Origin: Podarcis erhardii
Lineage: Eukaryota
DNA: 64,000 nucleotides
Reading direction: 5' to 3' (one strand)
Assembly (NCBI GenBank): GCA_964252035.1
Contig: OZ176208.1
Shown: positions 49,198 through 62,062 of the stretch, piece by piece
How the letters are laid out: the number at the start of each line of letters is the position of its first letter
Position numbering within the stretch: position 1 is the stretch's first letter
Notes under the pieces: model-generated
Told to the model about the DNA's origin: nothing
Database searches by the model: none
What the model saw: the letters and a program-made list of their open reading frames with translations, nothing else
Program-made: the position numbers and the translations under genes

Positions 49198-51526
49198 TGT
49201 TCTTTATTTATTACATTTGTATCCTGACTTTCTGTCATTATAGAACTTGTGACGTTCTCAGGTAGGGTTGTAGTTCTCTGTATGCTTTCATTCTGTGCCT
49301 TGACAGAACAAGCTGGTTGTGATTAATGTATATCTAGTTCATGTCAATAGGGCTTCAGTGCAAGCAACATCCTTTGGATCTGAGCTGCTGTTACTGGTAC
49401 TACAATGGGACTGATGCCTTGGGTCCCTGGCCCCAACCAGTTTACAATCTCAAATAGGCAGCAAGGGTGATGACATGGAGAGAGGAAGGGAATGGCAAGA
49501 GAAGCAGGTGAGCATTTTCATGTGATCAAACTACTGTGCAGCAATGTCTCTGGATCTCAGTCTCCTTCACTTGACAACTAGGCCAAGTTAGAGTTTTCTT
49601 ATTTCAGATTGATCCTGCCTTATCCAGAGTTGGCAAAAAGCAGAGGACTTGTCAGTTACGACAGGCAGAACCACAAGTAAATCCTGAGCTTTACATCACC
49701 ATCTGCATGACATACAGACGTATATCTGCTTCTGCCACTGTTTGGCTTGTCCACATTGTATGCAAAATCCACGCTGAATCATGAGCTAAAATGCATTCTC
49801 AGCTAACCCTTGTTTAAAGACTGCGATGTGACAGATATGTGCAGTGCCAAGAAGGAAGCGATGGGTCTTCTTAAGCTCTAGGGGGTTCTGTAAGAACCAA
49901 ATGGATGGTAATTGAATTATACCAAGTTAGACTGCAGTCCTATCCTATACGCAATTATCTGGGGCAAGTTGCTTTGAACTCAGTGAGACTTTGTTCTGAG
50001 CAGGCAGGCATTGGAGTCCACGACTGATGGGCTTTTGTTTGTTTCTGGTTTTATTTGTTGGATCGGTGCTTTAGCCCAAAGTTAACCTCTGAACAAGACC
50101 TCACAAATTATGGCATCGTTAACACAGCTCTTGGTTTCTGTGTCCTCTTAGCCTAGAATGTCCAGACATTATGTCCTCCGCATGTATATGCACTCAAATC
50201 TATTTGGGACACATTCTATACCCATCAACTGCCCTGGAAGAATCCTGACACCCCATTCCTTGCCCCACCCCCCACAAGACCATGATGGCCATTTTGGGAG
50301 CATTGTTCTTGTGCAATCTTGGGCCAAGACCTTATTCTGAAAAAAACATTTTTTTCAGGACTGCAATATTGTGCAGTGTTCCAAAATCTGTGTTTTGGGG
50401 TGTTGTGCCCGTAAAAGTGTTTTTTTCAGGGTCTGTGATCTCTCACTGGTTACATGATCCATGTGGGATTTCAGACCAGGAATATAGTGTTCTGGATCTG
50501 GCATGTTGAAGGGTATGACATTCTGTTGTTTTTTTTAATGGAAACTGACTTGTAAATTGCTCCTCAAAGCTTCTATTACATCCAGGAGGTAAGCTTCCAT
50601 TAGAGACAATGTGGTATAGTGGTTAGAGTGTTAAGTTCAGCAATATATGCATGTATTATGAACACTTTACCCTAGCTTATCTATTTTTTTTACACACTAC
50701 TTACCAGGAGAACTGCACTGCAAAATTTAAATAAGTATTAATTCTGAAAGACTGCTATATTCTGGTCTATGTATTATATTGGAAAGTTCTATTTAGGTAG
50801 GTTCATCTTTAAATGCAAAATGGATCGAATTTCTCCTCCACCCCTACAAGAAAACAACAATTTTTTCCAAAGTCCAATTCAGTTCATCAACCAAAGGGAA
50901 AATGTGGATATTAAGCAAAGCCCATTAACAACAGCAGATTTCAGGTTACTCCTATATGCAACTACTGAAATACAGATAGACAGAAAGACAGAGAGGGAGA
51001 GAAATCAGCTTGTCGGATCGTTGCCAAAAAAGAAATTACTATGCATGGAGCAGAAGACAAAGGTCAAACAACACACATCATTTTTGTCAGCGATAGGAGT
51101 ATAGCGATGCTTGCAGCAAGGTCTACCTAAGTGATGCTGTAAAAGCAGGAACCGATAAGGCGGAGTGCTCACAACTTAGCAACAGCTTTGAAAGTATTGT
51201 CAATAAATGCTACAGTTTGAAAAGAGGCCAACTGATAGGATGCGATAATGCTGCACAATTGAAGCAGCACTTCAATATCTAATCTGGGGATTAGTGTAGA
51301 TCGGGAGGTTCACACTATGAAACGTGTCAGGGCTGAATTTATAGCTTTGGTCCGCTGATATAAATAAATTACAGATTAGGGGAGACAAAGTGCATTGCAG
51401 CTGATCCAAAAATATTGCCTCTTTTAAAGCCAGACAGACTCACATTTTAAAATCCATTAAAAGGGAGCAAATTTCAGGTGTTCAGAGACAGCGAAAGCAT
51501 GTCTCCAGTGTTTTATTTTGCTTATT

Positions 51527-51529
<3 letters not shown>

Positions 51530-51583
<54 letters not shown>

Positions 51584-51592
51584 ATATATATA
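51530..51592. repeat. (TA)n microsatellite
   Basis: Direct reading; one phase shift. Confidence 0.97.
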
Positions 51593-51913
51593 CAAAAAAA
51601 AAATCCAACCTTCCTATTGACATGGCCTTCAATGCAGTTTACATTATTTTTTTTTAAAAAAAGCAGGATGATAAAGCAAAAATAAAAGCATAGCAGTTAA
51701 TACAATTAAGCTTGTGCTCTTAGAACTGGCCAAAGGGAAATTTTCGCACAACACATAATTAATCTATGGAATTTGCTACTGCAAGGTATATTGATAGTTA
51801 CCAAGTTGGATGCTTTAAAAAATGGTTTGTGCAGATCTATGGAGGTTAAGGATATCCATGGCTGCCAGCCAGGATTAAGCTGTACTATAGTGTCAGAAGC
51901 AGTTGGGACATAA

Positions 51914-52056
51914 AATCATAGAATTGTAGAGTTGGAAGGAACCCTGAGGATCATCTAGTCCAACTCCCTGCAATGCAGGAATATGCAGCCGTCCCATACG
52001 GGGATCAAACCTACAGCCTTGGCATTATCAGCACCATGATCTAACTAACTGAGATA
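51914..52056 (-). mobile_element. tRNA-head / CR1-tail SINE
   Basis: 'aatcatagaattgtagagttggaagg..ggatcatctagtccaac.ccctgcaatgcaggaat' is shared with 19481-19623 and about 45090-45172 (+), followed by a tRNA-like head. Confidence 0.75.
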
Positions 52057-52174
52057 ACTGCCTTATAACCAGTGCTTTTCTTCTAGAAGAAAAGATGCCA
52101 GTTCTCATGGTTCCTACAGTAAGTGCTACGTTTTTGTCCAGTACTTCTCTTCTAGAAAAAAGCATCTGGTAGTT

Positions 52175-52179
<5 letters not shown>

Positions 52180-52210
<31 letters not shown>

Positions 52211-52545
52211 TTAATTATTTACACCCTGCCCATCTGACTCAGTTTCCCCAGCCACTCTGGGTGGCTCCCAACAGAATATTAAAAACACGATAAAACATAG
52301 AGCATTAAAAACTTCCCTAAACAGGGCTGCCTTCAGATGTCTTCTAAAAATCAGATAGTTGTTTATTTCCTTGACATCTGATGGGAGGGCTGCCACGGGA
52401 CAGGCACCACTACCAAGAAGGCCCTCTGACTAATTCCCTGTAACCTCACTTCTTGCAGTGAGGGAACTGCCAGAAAGCCCTTGGAGCTGGACCTCAGTGT
52501 TTAGGCTGAACGATGGGGGTGGAGATGCTCCTTCAGGTATACCAG
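52180..52545 (-). mobile_element. L2-like LINE 3' fragment with (TAAA)n tail
   Basis: Same 3' sequence as 60874-61151; the minus strand encodes an ORF2-end-like 'LPSDVKEINNYLIFRRHLKAALF'. Confidence 0.85.
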
Positions 52546-55500
52546 TACTGTGTACCCCCCCAGAAAAAAGGACTGCTTATACCTCTGAATACCCACTGAA
52601 GTGATTCCCAAGCCCTGTGACTTGTGTCCTCCTTGCAAGCTTCCCACATGCATCCGATTGGCCACTGTGAGAACAGGATTCTGGACCAGATGAACCTTTG
52701 TCTGCTCTGGCAGGGCTCTTCTTGCAATCTTAAAGGCTGGCTGAGGGGCATTTGGTGCCCTCCACCTCTGGAGAGGGGAACTCATTGTTGAAATTATTTT
52801 ATTGGTGAAAAGTGTACATATACATCCCACTTTTCTTCCAAGGCTCTTAAGGTGACAAACATGGTTCTCCTCATCCTCAATCTATCCTCACCTGTAAAGT
52901 AGGTTAAGCTGAGGGATGGTGGCTGATCCAAGGTCTCCCACTGAGCTCCATGGCCCACAAGTCCTAATCTAAAAGCCCATCTGTGGCATTAAACTGAAAA
53001 GGCACATTTGCTTACAGAAGCCCTCTAGAAAAGGTGGAAATCATAGATGTTCTTCTAGTGATGTGCTGACATTGGAGTCTATAATAAAGTTATTGGGAGC
53101 ATGTCAGGGTGTCCAAGACTCTGTAGGGTCCCAAGTATCCAAATTTCCCAGACATTCCCCACCCCACAAGGAGTCCTGCACTGCAATGGGAGGGGTGAGA
53201 GAACCATTAAAGGTATGGGGGGAAAGTGCAGCCCCATTCTCTGCTTTGGCTGCAGTAAACTGGCTTAGGAAGTGGCAGGAGCTCTGCCACTGAATCGTCA
53301 CACATACACATACACCCAAACACAAGAAACTCTGTCCCATATCACCTAACATAGGCACCAACTTCTGGAAATCACAGGGGCCCAACACAATGACCTGATG
53401 TCACACACACAACTTCACAAGGAGCCAGGGGGCACAGCCAAACACATCCTGCTCTGTGTTCTCCCTCCTCCACCCTCTGAACACTGGGGGGCCGACCTAA
53501 AAAAAGTTGGGGGGCAACATGCCTCGGCCCCTAGGAATCCTATGATGGCACCATAGGATTGCTCTGCCTACCAATAGGAGACAAGAAGGCACAAAATGCA
53601 CACTAATGACAACAGCAACAATGAACCAATCAACAGGACAACACAAGAGGTTTATTGAGCCACCCTGCATTGCTGATGAAAGTTGAGCAAGCCTGTTTAG
53701 TAGCCTGTTTTACCTTAGCACTTATGTAGCATGTATTTCAGACTTCCAAACCTACAAACTCTGAGGTTCGGTGGAGCCGAATCACATGATCTGTCCTGGA
53801 GTGAGAAAGACCAGTTGAACACTTTATTCTTTCCATGTGTTAGTCCACTCACTGGGAGTGAGGGGGCAGTATATTCAAGCAAAGGTACAGTATTGATGTA
53901 TTGTGGGAATATACTGTTCAAATGCCCCCCCCCATTCCCCACAGTACAGTCACAATCCCAAAAAAATTGATTGCCAGCTTTTGATGTATGAGCACTTCTT
54001 TGAGGAGTCATGGGCCCAGTTCCTATATTACTAGTGGATCAAGTGTGCTTCTTTCCCATGGCTAGATCCCATATTTCACCAGCAATATTTGGATGATGGC
54101 ATCATAAGGAACAGGTGGGAGGTTTGGTTTCCAAGGCTGTGTTGCTAGCTACCAAGGAAGTAAAGCACTGATGTAAGCTTCCCTTTGTGTGAGAGGAGAG
54201 GGATTAACACATGAGCCTCAAAAAGGAGAGCCTAGAACTCTTGTAAACTTTAGTACACTACAGCACTTCAAAAAACCAGCTGACTTATGCAGTATCATTT
54301 AGATTTTATTTTTCTGTTTTGACTGTTAGTTTGTTCAAATCTTGAATTTACATTTTGATTTTTATGTATATTGTCCTGGGATCCATGTTTGGGTTAAGCC
54401 ATGGTTTAGAAATGTTTAAAAAAAACAATCAAACAATATTCTTCGGGATGTAAAGGGCTGATAAATTGCACATAGGTCATCAAGGCAACCGGTTCCAGAT
54501 TTTGTTTGGCTAAGTTTTACAAATGGGGATGACAAAAGAAAAAGAGAAAAGGGAGATCCTCTCAATTGTTGGGAGAAGGGTGGTTTCTTTACAGACTTGT
54601 TCCATAGTGAATCCAATTGCCTGATTTACAGAATATTACAACTAATTAATTAATTAATTAATCCACTGATCATTTTTCAGCGCAAGTTCTTTTTCATAGG
54701 TAGCGATCTTAGTAAATAGTAAAGGTCTGCACTGGCCACTATATTAACCTTCAATCTGTATATGCATAAATCAGGCCAATGGACCATCAGTTTCTGCATT
54801 CTGTACAAACGTCTGCCATTTGGATTAATTTTAGGCTGATTGTGTAAATCACCCCCACCACAAAAAAATCCTATGGAGTTTCGCTTATTTCCTTTTTTGC
54901 TGCTTGTTGGGGGATGTGTCACCCCAATTTATTTTTTCTTTCTTCAGATACAGGAGTACTCTTTCCACACATAGAACAAATTAGAATCAGGAGCTGTTCT
55001 TGGTTTTTGTTTTTGTTTTTAAAAAAGGAATGAGGTTTCCATTTTAGAGAAAAATCTAAAACAGTATTTCAAACACTGTTTTCAAATTGAGCTTAGAAGC
55101 TATTAAAAATCCTGCCAAATAAAAGGAATCTCCGACTGTCACGCTTGTTTAATGTAATGCATATAAGACACTTGGTGGTGGCTGCTGTTTGTTTTTCAGC
55201 AGCCGAGGGAGCCTAGTATAGCTGGCAGAAGCTGTTTCGCAGCACTTGCGTGGAAATTTCAAAGTGAAATTTAGTGGGGTATGACACGCTTCTACTTTCT
55301 TTATTTTAAAGCTTGATTGACACATGCATCTGTTTCAGTGTGAACAAAATGTAACTCCACGAAACCATGTAATCCTTGCCTTTGACATTATTACATAGGA
55401 GATGCCCTTTCATATGGTTCCTGTCAGGGGAGTGGGTACCCATATTTACAGTCTAAGAGGCAAATTGTTGCTGTTCCTATTTAATTAATTGAAATTATGT

Positions 55501-55636
55501 TCCATGCTTTCAGCTGAACATTTCCAGTCTGTATTGTTACAGATTTAGAGTACTACAGTATATTAGTGAATAGCAGGAATTAATAAATCATAGTATTCAG
55601 GCAATATTTGTGACATTGAAGAGAAAATACAGATGA

Positions 55637-55870
55637 CAGTGGTACCTCTGGTTAAGAACTTAATTTGTTCCGGAAGTCCGTTCTTAACCTGAAACTGTTC
55701 TTAACCTGAGGTACCACTTTAGCTAATGGGGCCTCCTGCTGCCGCCGCCACACGGTTTCTGTTCTCATCCTGAAGCAAAGTTCTTAACTTAAAGTACTCT
55801 TTCTGGGTTAACAGAATCTGTAACCTGAAGTGTCTGTAACCTGAAGCGTCTGTAACCCAAGGTACTACTG
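55637..55870. mobile_element. Tc1/mariner MITE, same family as 42893-43118, in the opposite orientation
   Basis: CAGTGGTACCT.. ..GGTACTACTG|TA; shared core 'gctaatggggcctcc..gatttctgttc.catcctg'. Confidence 0.85.
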
Positions 55871-55930
55871 TACAGTAGTTCTTCTGAGTGTAGTCCATGC
55901 AAAGTAGCCTGTTTGGGCCAGTTGAATGTA

Positions 55931-56146
55931 AAGTGGTACGAACTTAATGTGTTCCAGAGGTCCATTCTTAATCTGAAACCATTCTTATCCCGAGGCACGC
56001 TTTTGCTAATGGGGCCTCCCGCTAAGTTCACACCTCCGGCGCGTGATTTCTGTTCACATCCTGGGGCAAAGTTCGCAACCAGGAGCAGCTATTTCTGGGT
56101 TAGTGGAGCTCATAACTCGAAGCGTTCATAACCAGAGGTACCACTG
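55931..56146. mobile_element. Second, more diverged mariner MITE of a related subfamily
   Basis: 'ta|aagtggtac..' to '..accagaggtaccactg'; same core as the neighbouring copy. Confidence 0.75.
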
Positions 56147-56277
56147 CAGGTCATTATGAAACAGTAGACAGTCGTTATCACCTCAGGAGGAACCCCCCCA
56201 GGTCTGTGTAAAACCAAGGTGATGGGGAGGGGTGTGAGATGGCAGGAGGAAGGTCTGAGTTTTGGCAGGGCTTTCTG

Positions 56278-56535
56278 CCAGTGTGGTGTAGTGGTTGAGA
56301 GCAGTAGATCTGGTGAACCAGGTTTGTGTCTCCGCTCCTCCACATGCAGCTGCTGGGTGACCTTGGGCCAGTCACACTTCTCTGAAGTCTCTCAACCCCA
56401 CTCACCTCACAGAGTGTTTGTTGTGGGGGAGGAAGGGAAAGGAGAATGTTAGCCACTTTGAGACTCCTTCGGGTAGTGATAAAGCGGGATATCAAATCCA
56501 AACTCCTCCTCCTCCTCCTCCTCCTCTTCTTCTTT
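56278..56535 (+). mobile_element. Squam3-like CORE-SINE
   Basis: Near reverse complement of 21817-22065, with a (ctc)n(ctt)n tail. Confidence 0.88.
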
Positions 56536-59472
56536 TCTGGAAAGAAGAAAGGGAAGTGGGCAGAACCCCATAAGCGGGAGCTGAAGGGCAGAACCATCTT
56601 GAGAGGCTGGGAGAGAGGCACAGGAATGGCATGTTCAGTGTCTTGGACTGTAATACTGTGCTGGTGTTGGGAACAAGCCCTGCTTGAGAAGTAATGTTTT
56701 GAACTCTCTCCCTCTCTGTGGAAGACTCTAGGTGCATATATCTGTAAAACATATCTTAAAATGCTACAGCCTCTGCCATGTCTGAATTTCCAACGGAAAC
56801 ATAACCCTGAGACCCTTGGAATCTAGTTACCGCTCAGCAGAGATTGGGGTGGTGTGTAACAGTAGTAACACATTAGCAACTTTGGGTCCACAATTTCAGG
56901 CAATAATGCACAAATAAAAAGCAAAAGAGGTGTTCAGGTGCAGAGAGAGTGTCTGAGCAAGGGTGTCCCAGAGAGCTAAGACCTGCTACAATTTGTTGAG
57001 ATGTGCAAGCTCTCACTGGCTCCCACCAGAACCATCTGCGTTTGTGAAGTATGCCTGTAGAACAATGGAAAAATCTTAAGGGTTGACTGAATATGCTCCA
57101 AAAACCCAATAGGTATAATGTGCTCCCCCTTAGAAAAGGAGTTGCAGATGGGCAGGACGGGGTTGGCATGAACACCTGGCTTCCTTGAGTGGATATCAGA
57201 AGACCCAGTCCTCCCTGCTGTCTTTATCTCTTCTTCAGGGTGAACCTTATACCTGGGTTTGAAGTGTTAGAATAACCAGATGACAGATGAGAGTTGGAGT
57301 CCAACAACATCACACTGGTGACTCAAATTGTATATGATAGGCTTAAAGGTGGGGTGAGGAATCCCCAGCCTGTGGACCTAATTAGGCCCACCAGGCCTCC
57401 TCATTTGACCCATGAGGCCATTTCAGACAATTCTTGACCATTCACATTATGCCTGACATCAGGTGTGGGGCAGGTCAAGACCTGGTTCAGCTAAAACAAG
57501 GTTTGCAGGCATGACTCAGCTCATCACTGGGTCTTGAGAACACACAAGACCCTTGATCATCCAGTCTTGCTAAGTCTCTTGCAAAGCACCCTGACAGTCT
57601 GATGTTAATTGGGTCTTGTAAAGCTCATTGAATAGCACACTGCAGGACCTGACAGTTGTTGGGTCTTGTGTGACACTTGTATGCACGAGATTTAACAAAA
57701 CCTGGTGATCAGCTGATTCAGTTGCAATATGTGAGCTGTATCTTTGCTTGCACTGCTTGATTTCAAACCTGGTTGGCCAAAAGGGATCACTTGACATCAG
57801 GTGATTGACAGGTTGGTGGTCCTGTCCAGGTATAGGACATAGAGAAGAAGAACTGGCCCACCAGCTGAATCCAGTTCACCTCTGATTTAAGGCTTGGTAT
57901 AACAACATTACTTGGTATGTGTTTACCATTTTCAAGTTCTAATCCTTACAATAACTTTGTAAGGTATTATTATCCTTCATATTGCATATTGCAGATGAGG
58001 AGACGAAGGCTTCAAGTCAGTAGCTTAATTATGTGATCTGATCTGAAGTTTACATTAGCATTTATTTGGCATAGCTTGAAAAACATCTTCCACTTTCAAT
58101 ACGCTTTTATATATGTGACTGTCCTGCCTTTAGGCCTATAATACCCCCCCCCCCAATGGTGCATCACATCATTATATGTTTCCCCTCAGGAAAAGCAGGA
58201 AATCCTTCATTCTCCTCTTTTGACACTTAGGGCAAGTGGTAGCTTTGTACTGGCAACTTTTGACGGTTTCTCCAGAAACACAAATGCCAATAAAATCAGA
58301 CGAAGTGCCATGGGGAGGATCCATTTCAGCCCACTAGTTTGGTTCCATTATGCTGTGCATTCCTATAAAACAAAAGACTGGCATCATGACTGGTCATAAA
58401 TATTCCTTCCATTCCAAATGAGTCATCAGGGGGTTCCTACCTTGAGATATTATTTCCCCTTCCCTTAGCTTTTAAAAAAGGAGCCATTGTTTCCCTCCTT
58501 ATTCTGACCATGTAAATCTGTTGGCTAATGGAGGAACAATCAGAGGTTTGCCTCTTGTGCGACTGCAGAAAGAGCTATCAGTAAAGGGAGGAAAAGGGAC
58601 ACATTTCTTTCATTTGTGAGAAATTAAATCCAGGTTTAAAGCTCTTCTTGAGCCACTACTGTTTGCTTTCTTTAGAAGGAAGCTGTGCTGGTGCCAGACC
58701 CCAGGAATGCAGGCTACATGTGTCAGCAATCTCCACAAACTCCATCTAGAGCCCTTTATATTCAATATTGGGATATTTATTAGGAGCAAGTCTTCCCTGA
58801 AGTGCGTTATGGGGGTTTATGCTAAGCCATTGGTAGCCTCATGTAGGGTCCCCTTCCTCTTATTTATCGCCAGAGATGTTTAGAGCAATGCTAATCCATT
58901 TCCTGGGGCATCCCACTGAGATCCAAGGCTCATTATTAACAAAGTCCTTTCGGACCATGGTTTCCAACAGAGGTTTGCAATTCAGTACCTGGAATCTTCT
59001 TTGCTGGTTTCCCATTAGGCAGACTAACTCTTGGTTTCAGGGGGAGAAACCCCTCCACCATGAATAAAAATAGTTACATGATAAATTAAGTATCTTTCAC
59101 TCACTCTCTCTCTCTTTTCTGGTCTGGCATGACCTTCGTTTTGTAAGACATTTACTTGCCTGCGGTGTTTTTGTTTGTTTTGAAAATGCACTTCATGAAC
59201 ATCAACAAGCTCTGAGGATGTAGCTTAGAGTATAATTTGATCCCTTTTGCTTGTGTGCTGACCCTGCAATATAATTAGCTAACTATGCACATAAAAGCAT
59301 AACGGAGATTACTTCAAAACACTCTTCAAAATGCAGTTACAGAGTACTCAGATTCCCAGCCACCGTAAATAGAGGTAGCTTAACTTACAGAAATGGAAAT
59401 CTTTTCATTGGGTCTCCCACTCCCACCCCAGGCCTAACAACAGCAGCAACAACAACAACAATACTAGTAATA

Positions 59473-59514
<42 letters not shown>

Positions 59515-59520
59515 GTACTA
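59473..59520. repeat. (CTA)n microsatellite
   Basis: Direct reading. Confidence 0.93.
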
Positions 59521-59610
59521 CTATTAACCACTGGCCTTTCACCAACAAGTCTCAGGGTGGGTTACAACAATACAAAATCAAAAGTTAAAAACATTGGAAA
59601 TGGATTACAA

Positions 59611-59746
59611 CAGGCATAGGCAAACTCTGGCCCTCCAGATGTTTGGGGCTACAATTCCCTTCATCCCTAGTTAACAGGACCAGTGCGCAGGGATGATGGG
59701 AATTGTAGTCCCAAACATCTGGAGAGCCAGAGTTTGCCTATGCCTG
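59611..59746. mobile_element. Hairpin hAT MITE (136 bp), same family as 45843-45978
   Basis: TIR CAGGCATAGGCAAACTC and perfect 8-bp TSD GATTACAA (59603-59610, 59747-59754). Confidence 0.94.
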
Positions 59747-60394
59747 GATTACAATAACAGAAATAATGTGGGCCCTGAAAACACACATCTTAGGAGTCAA
59801 AGGCCAGGGTGAAGAGGTGTGCCTTCAGCACTCACTGAAAACTGCTTAGTGAAGAAGTCAGACATATCTCTGTGGGGAGGGAAGTCCACAACTTAGGGGC
59901 TGCCACTCTCACAGTTTCCAGGGACTGACGACCATTTAATTTAACCACATGTACAAAGACAAGGCTAGCTGCCTGCCAGCCCTCAAGAATTCACTGCTTA
60001 CTTTAGTGGATTTCACAGTTCCTTCAATAAAATGTAGGCTAACATTAATGGCAATCAAAAACTCCTGCAGATGAAATTGCTACCATGTCATGCCTGCCTA
60101 TTGATTTTTTTGTTTGCCTCCCTTTAAGGAGCTTCTGGGTTGGATCATCTATGAACTCAAGTGTAAGACAGGAGAAATGGCACTTTTAAGAGCATTTTAT
60201 TTGGTGATATCTAAAGTAAAGGTGCAAACCACTTGCGTATCAGGTGGAAGTGTTATCATGTTCAGTCAATGATAGTGTCCACAGCGACATTGCAAATTTC
60301 CACATCTAATCGCATAATTTTGAAGCAGTTTCAGCCGCAGTTAAATTCTGCAATGGTGGTTTACTGGTATACAACTTGCTGCTTTCCTGTGAGT

Positions 60395-60834
60395 AAAGGT
60401 TGCAGAGCTTTGGACTTTTCAGTTTGGAGAAAAGGCAAGTAAGTGAGACATTGTAGAAGTTTGCAGAATTCCATATGGTATCGAGAAAGTGGGCAGAGAA
60501 AAGGTTTTCTCCCTCTCTCCTAGCTCTAGAACTTGTGGACATCCAGTGAAGGGGAATGTTGGAAGAGTCAGGACAGATAAGACAGTACTTCTCCACTCAG
60601 CACGTAGCTAAACTATGGAACTTGTTTCCACAGCAGGCACTGATGTCCACAAAACTTGGATGGCTTTAAAAGAGGATTGGACAAATTTATGGAGGAGAAG
60701 CCTATCAGTGGCTACTAACCCTGACAGCTGTGCTCCATGGTCAGAGGCAGTAATGTATCTGAATACCAGTAAGGAAGATGCTGTTGCTTATGGGTCCAAC
60801 TTGCAGGCTCCCCACAGGTAACTGCTTTGAAAAC

Positions 60835-60873
<39 letters not shown>

Positions 60874-61206
60874 TTTTATTTACACCCCACCCATCTGGCT
60901 GGGTTTCTCCAGCCACTCTGGGCAGCTCCCAACAGAATATTAAAAACACGATAAAACATCAAGCATTAAAAACTTCAGATGTCTTCTAAAAGTCAGATAG
61001 TTGTTTATTTCCTTGACATCTGATGGGAGGGTGTTCCACAGGGTGGGCGCCACTGCTGAGAAGGCCCTCTAACCTGTTACTTCGCTTCTTGCAGTGAGGG
61101 AACCACCAGAAGGCCCTTGGAGCTGGACCTCAGTGTCTGGGCTGAACAATGCTAGACTAGATGGGCCATTGCCCTGATTCAGCAGACTCTTCTCGTGTTC
61201 TTATGT
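60395..61206 (+). mobile_element. CR1-like LINE 3' end, interrupted by an L2 insertion
   Basis: CR1 ORF2 end and UTR at 60395-60840. It resumes at 61152 ('ctagactagatgggccatt..gatt cagcag..ttcttatgt') after '..aaaacaggatg'. Confidence 0.8.
60874..61151 (-). mobile_element. L2-like LINE 3' fragment with (CAT)n tail (60837-60873)
   Basis: Matches 52215-52510; sits within the CR1 3' UTR. Confidence 0.85.
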
Positions 61207-61968
61207 AATTGTCAAGGGCATTTCAAAAGAGCACTTGCCAATATCAGTTTCAATACCTGCTTACAGCAACCATCACTGAAAAATCGATTTCATTTCAAAC
61301 TGCATTGGCTTCATCATTAATACAGGAGGGGGGGGGGAACCTACCAAAATAATTTCAGATAAAGTCCTTCCCCATCTGTCTCCTTTGGGAAGTTCAAAGT
61401 TTTGCCATTCCAGACAGACCTGAAACCCAGCCTGGCTTTAAAAATATTCTATTGTTTGTCTCTGGTGTTGTAGCTCTAAGTTAAATGGGGTCTAAAGCTC
61501 TTGAGGCCAACCACTACCCAAACATTGTTAAAAGGCTTGTTCGATGACACCTTAATTTTTCACAGGCTGCAACTGCAGCCCAACTCCCACCCCCCTCCTT
61601 CATAAATAGCACATTCCTAGGCAGGCTCCAATCGTGGATCCACACTCAGATGACCCCTTGACATTTCCCAGTCACTGCATGAAGGCTGTTCTCTCTCTCT
61701 CTCTCTGGAAATAATCTAAACATTGATTCACCAAACTGACAGAAAAGAACCAGAGATAAGAAGAAAACTGTCTATAGACACTTACAGAGTTAGCAATCCT
61801 TCTTGAACAGGACAAAATGCTTACAGTATGCTTTAACTGGAGAAATGACCAAATGCGGTTTGCCTTCCACAAACAACCAGAATGGAAGTTGGGGCAGTTT
61901 GTCGTAGACCAAAATGGCAGAAGTCTGGATGGTTAGCAAGCTGATACTCTAACAAAGCAATGAATTAA

Positions 61969-61971
<3 letters not shown>

Positions 61972-62007
<36 letters not shown>

Positions 62008-62062
62008 TTATACCCCGTCCATCTGTCTGGGCTTCCCTAGCCACTCTGGGTGGCTTCCAAAA
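61972..62062 (-). mobile_element. Very short L2-like 3' end with (ATT)n tail
   Basis: (aat)n followed by 'ttataccccgtccatctg..agccactctgggtggcttccaa'. Confidence 0.7.

Noticed and set aside
48939-49238. ORF with a poly-Asn tract (and poly-Tyr at 31050-31253)
   Set aside because: Translations of (TAT/AAT)n microsatellites.
49608-49676. 69-nt candidate exon on + (tttcag|..|gtaaat) with two open frames
   Set aside because: No recognisable protein and a weak donor; unsupported.
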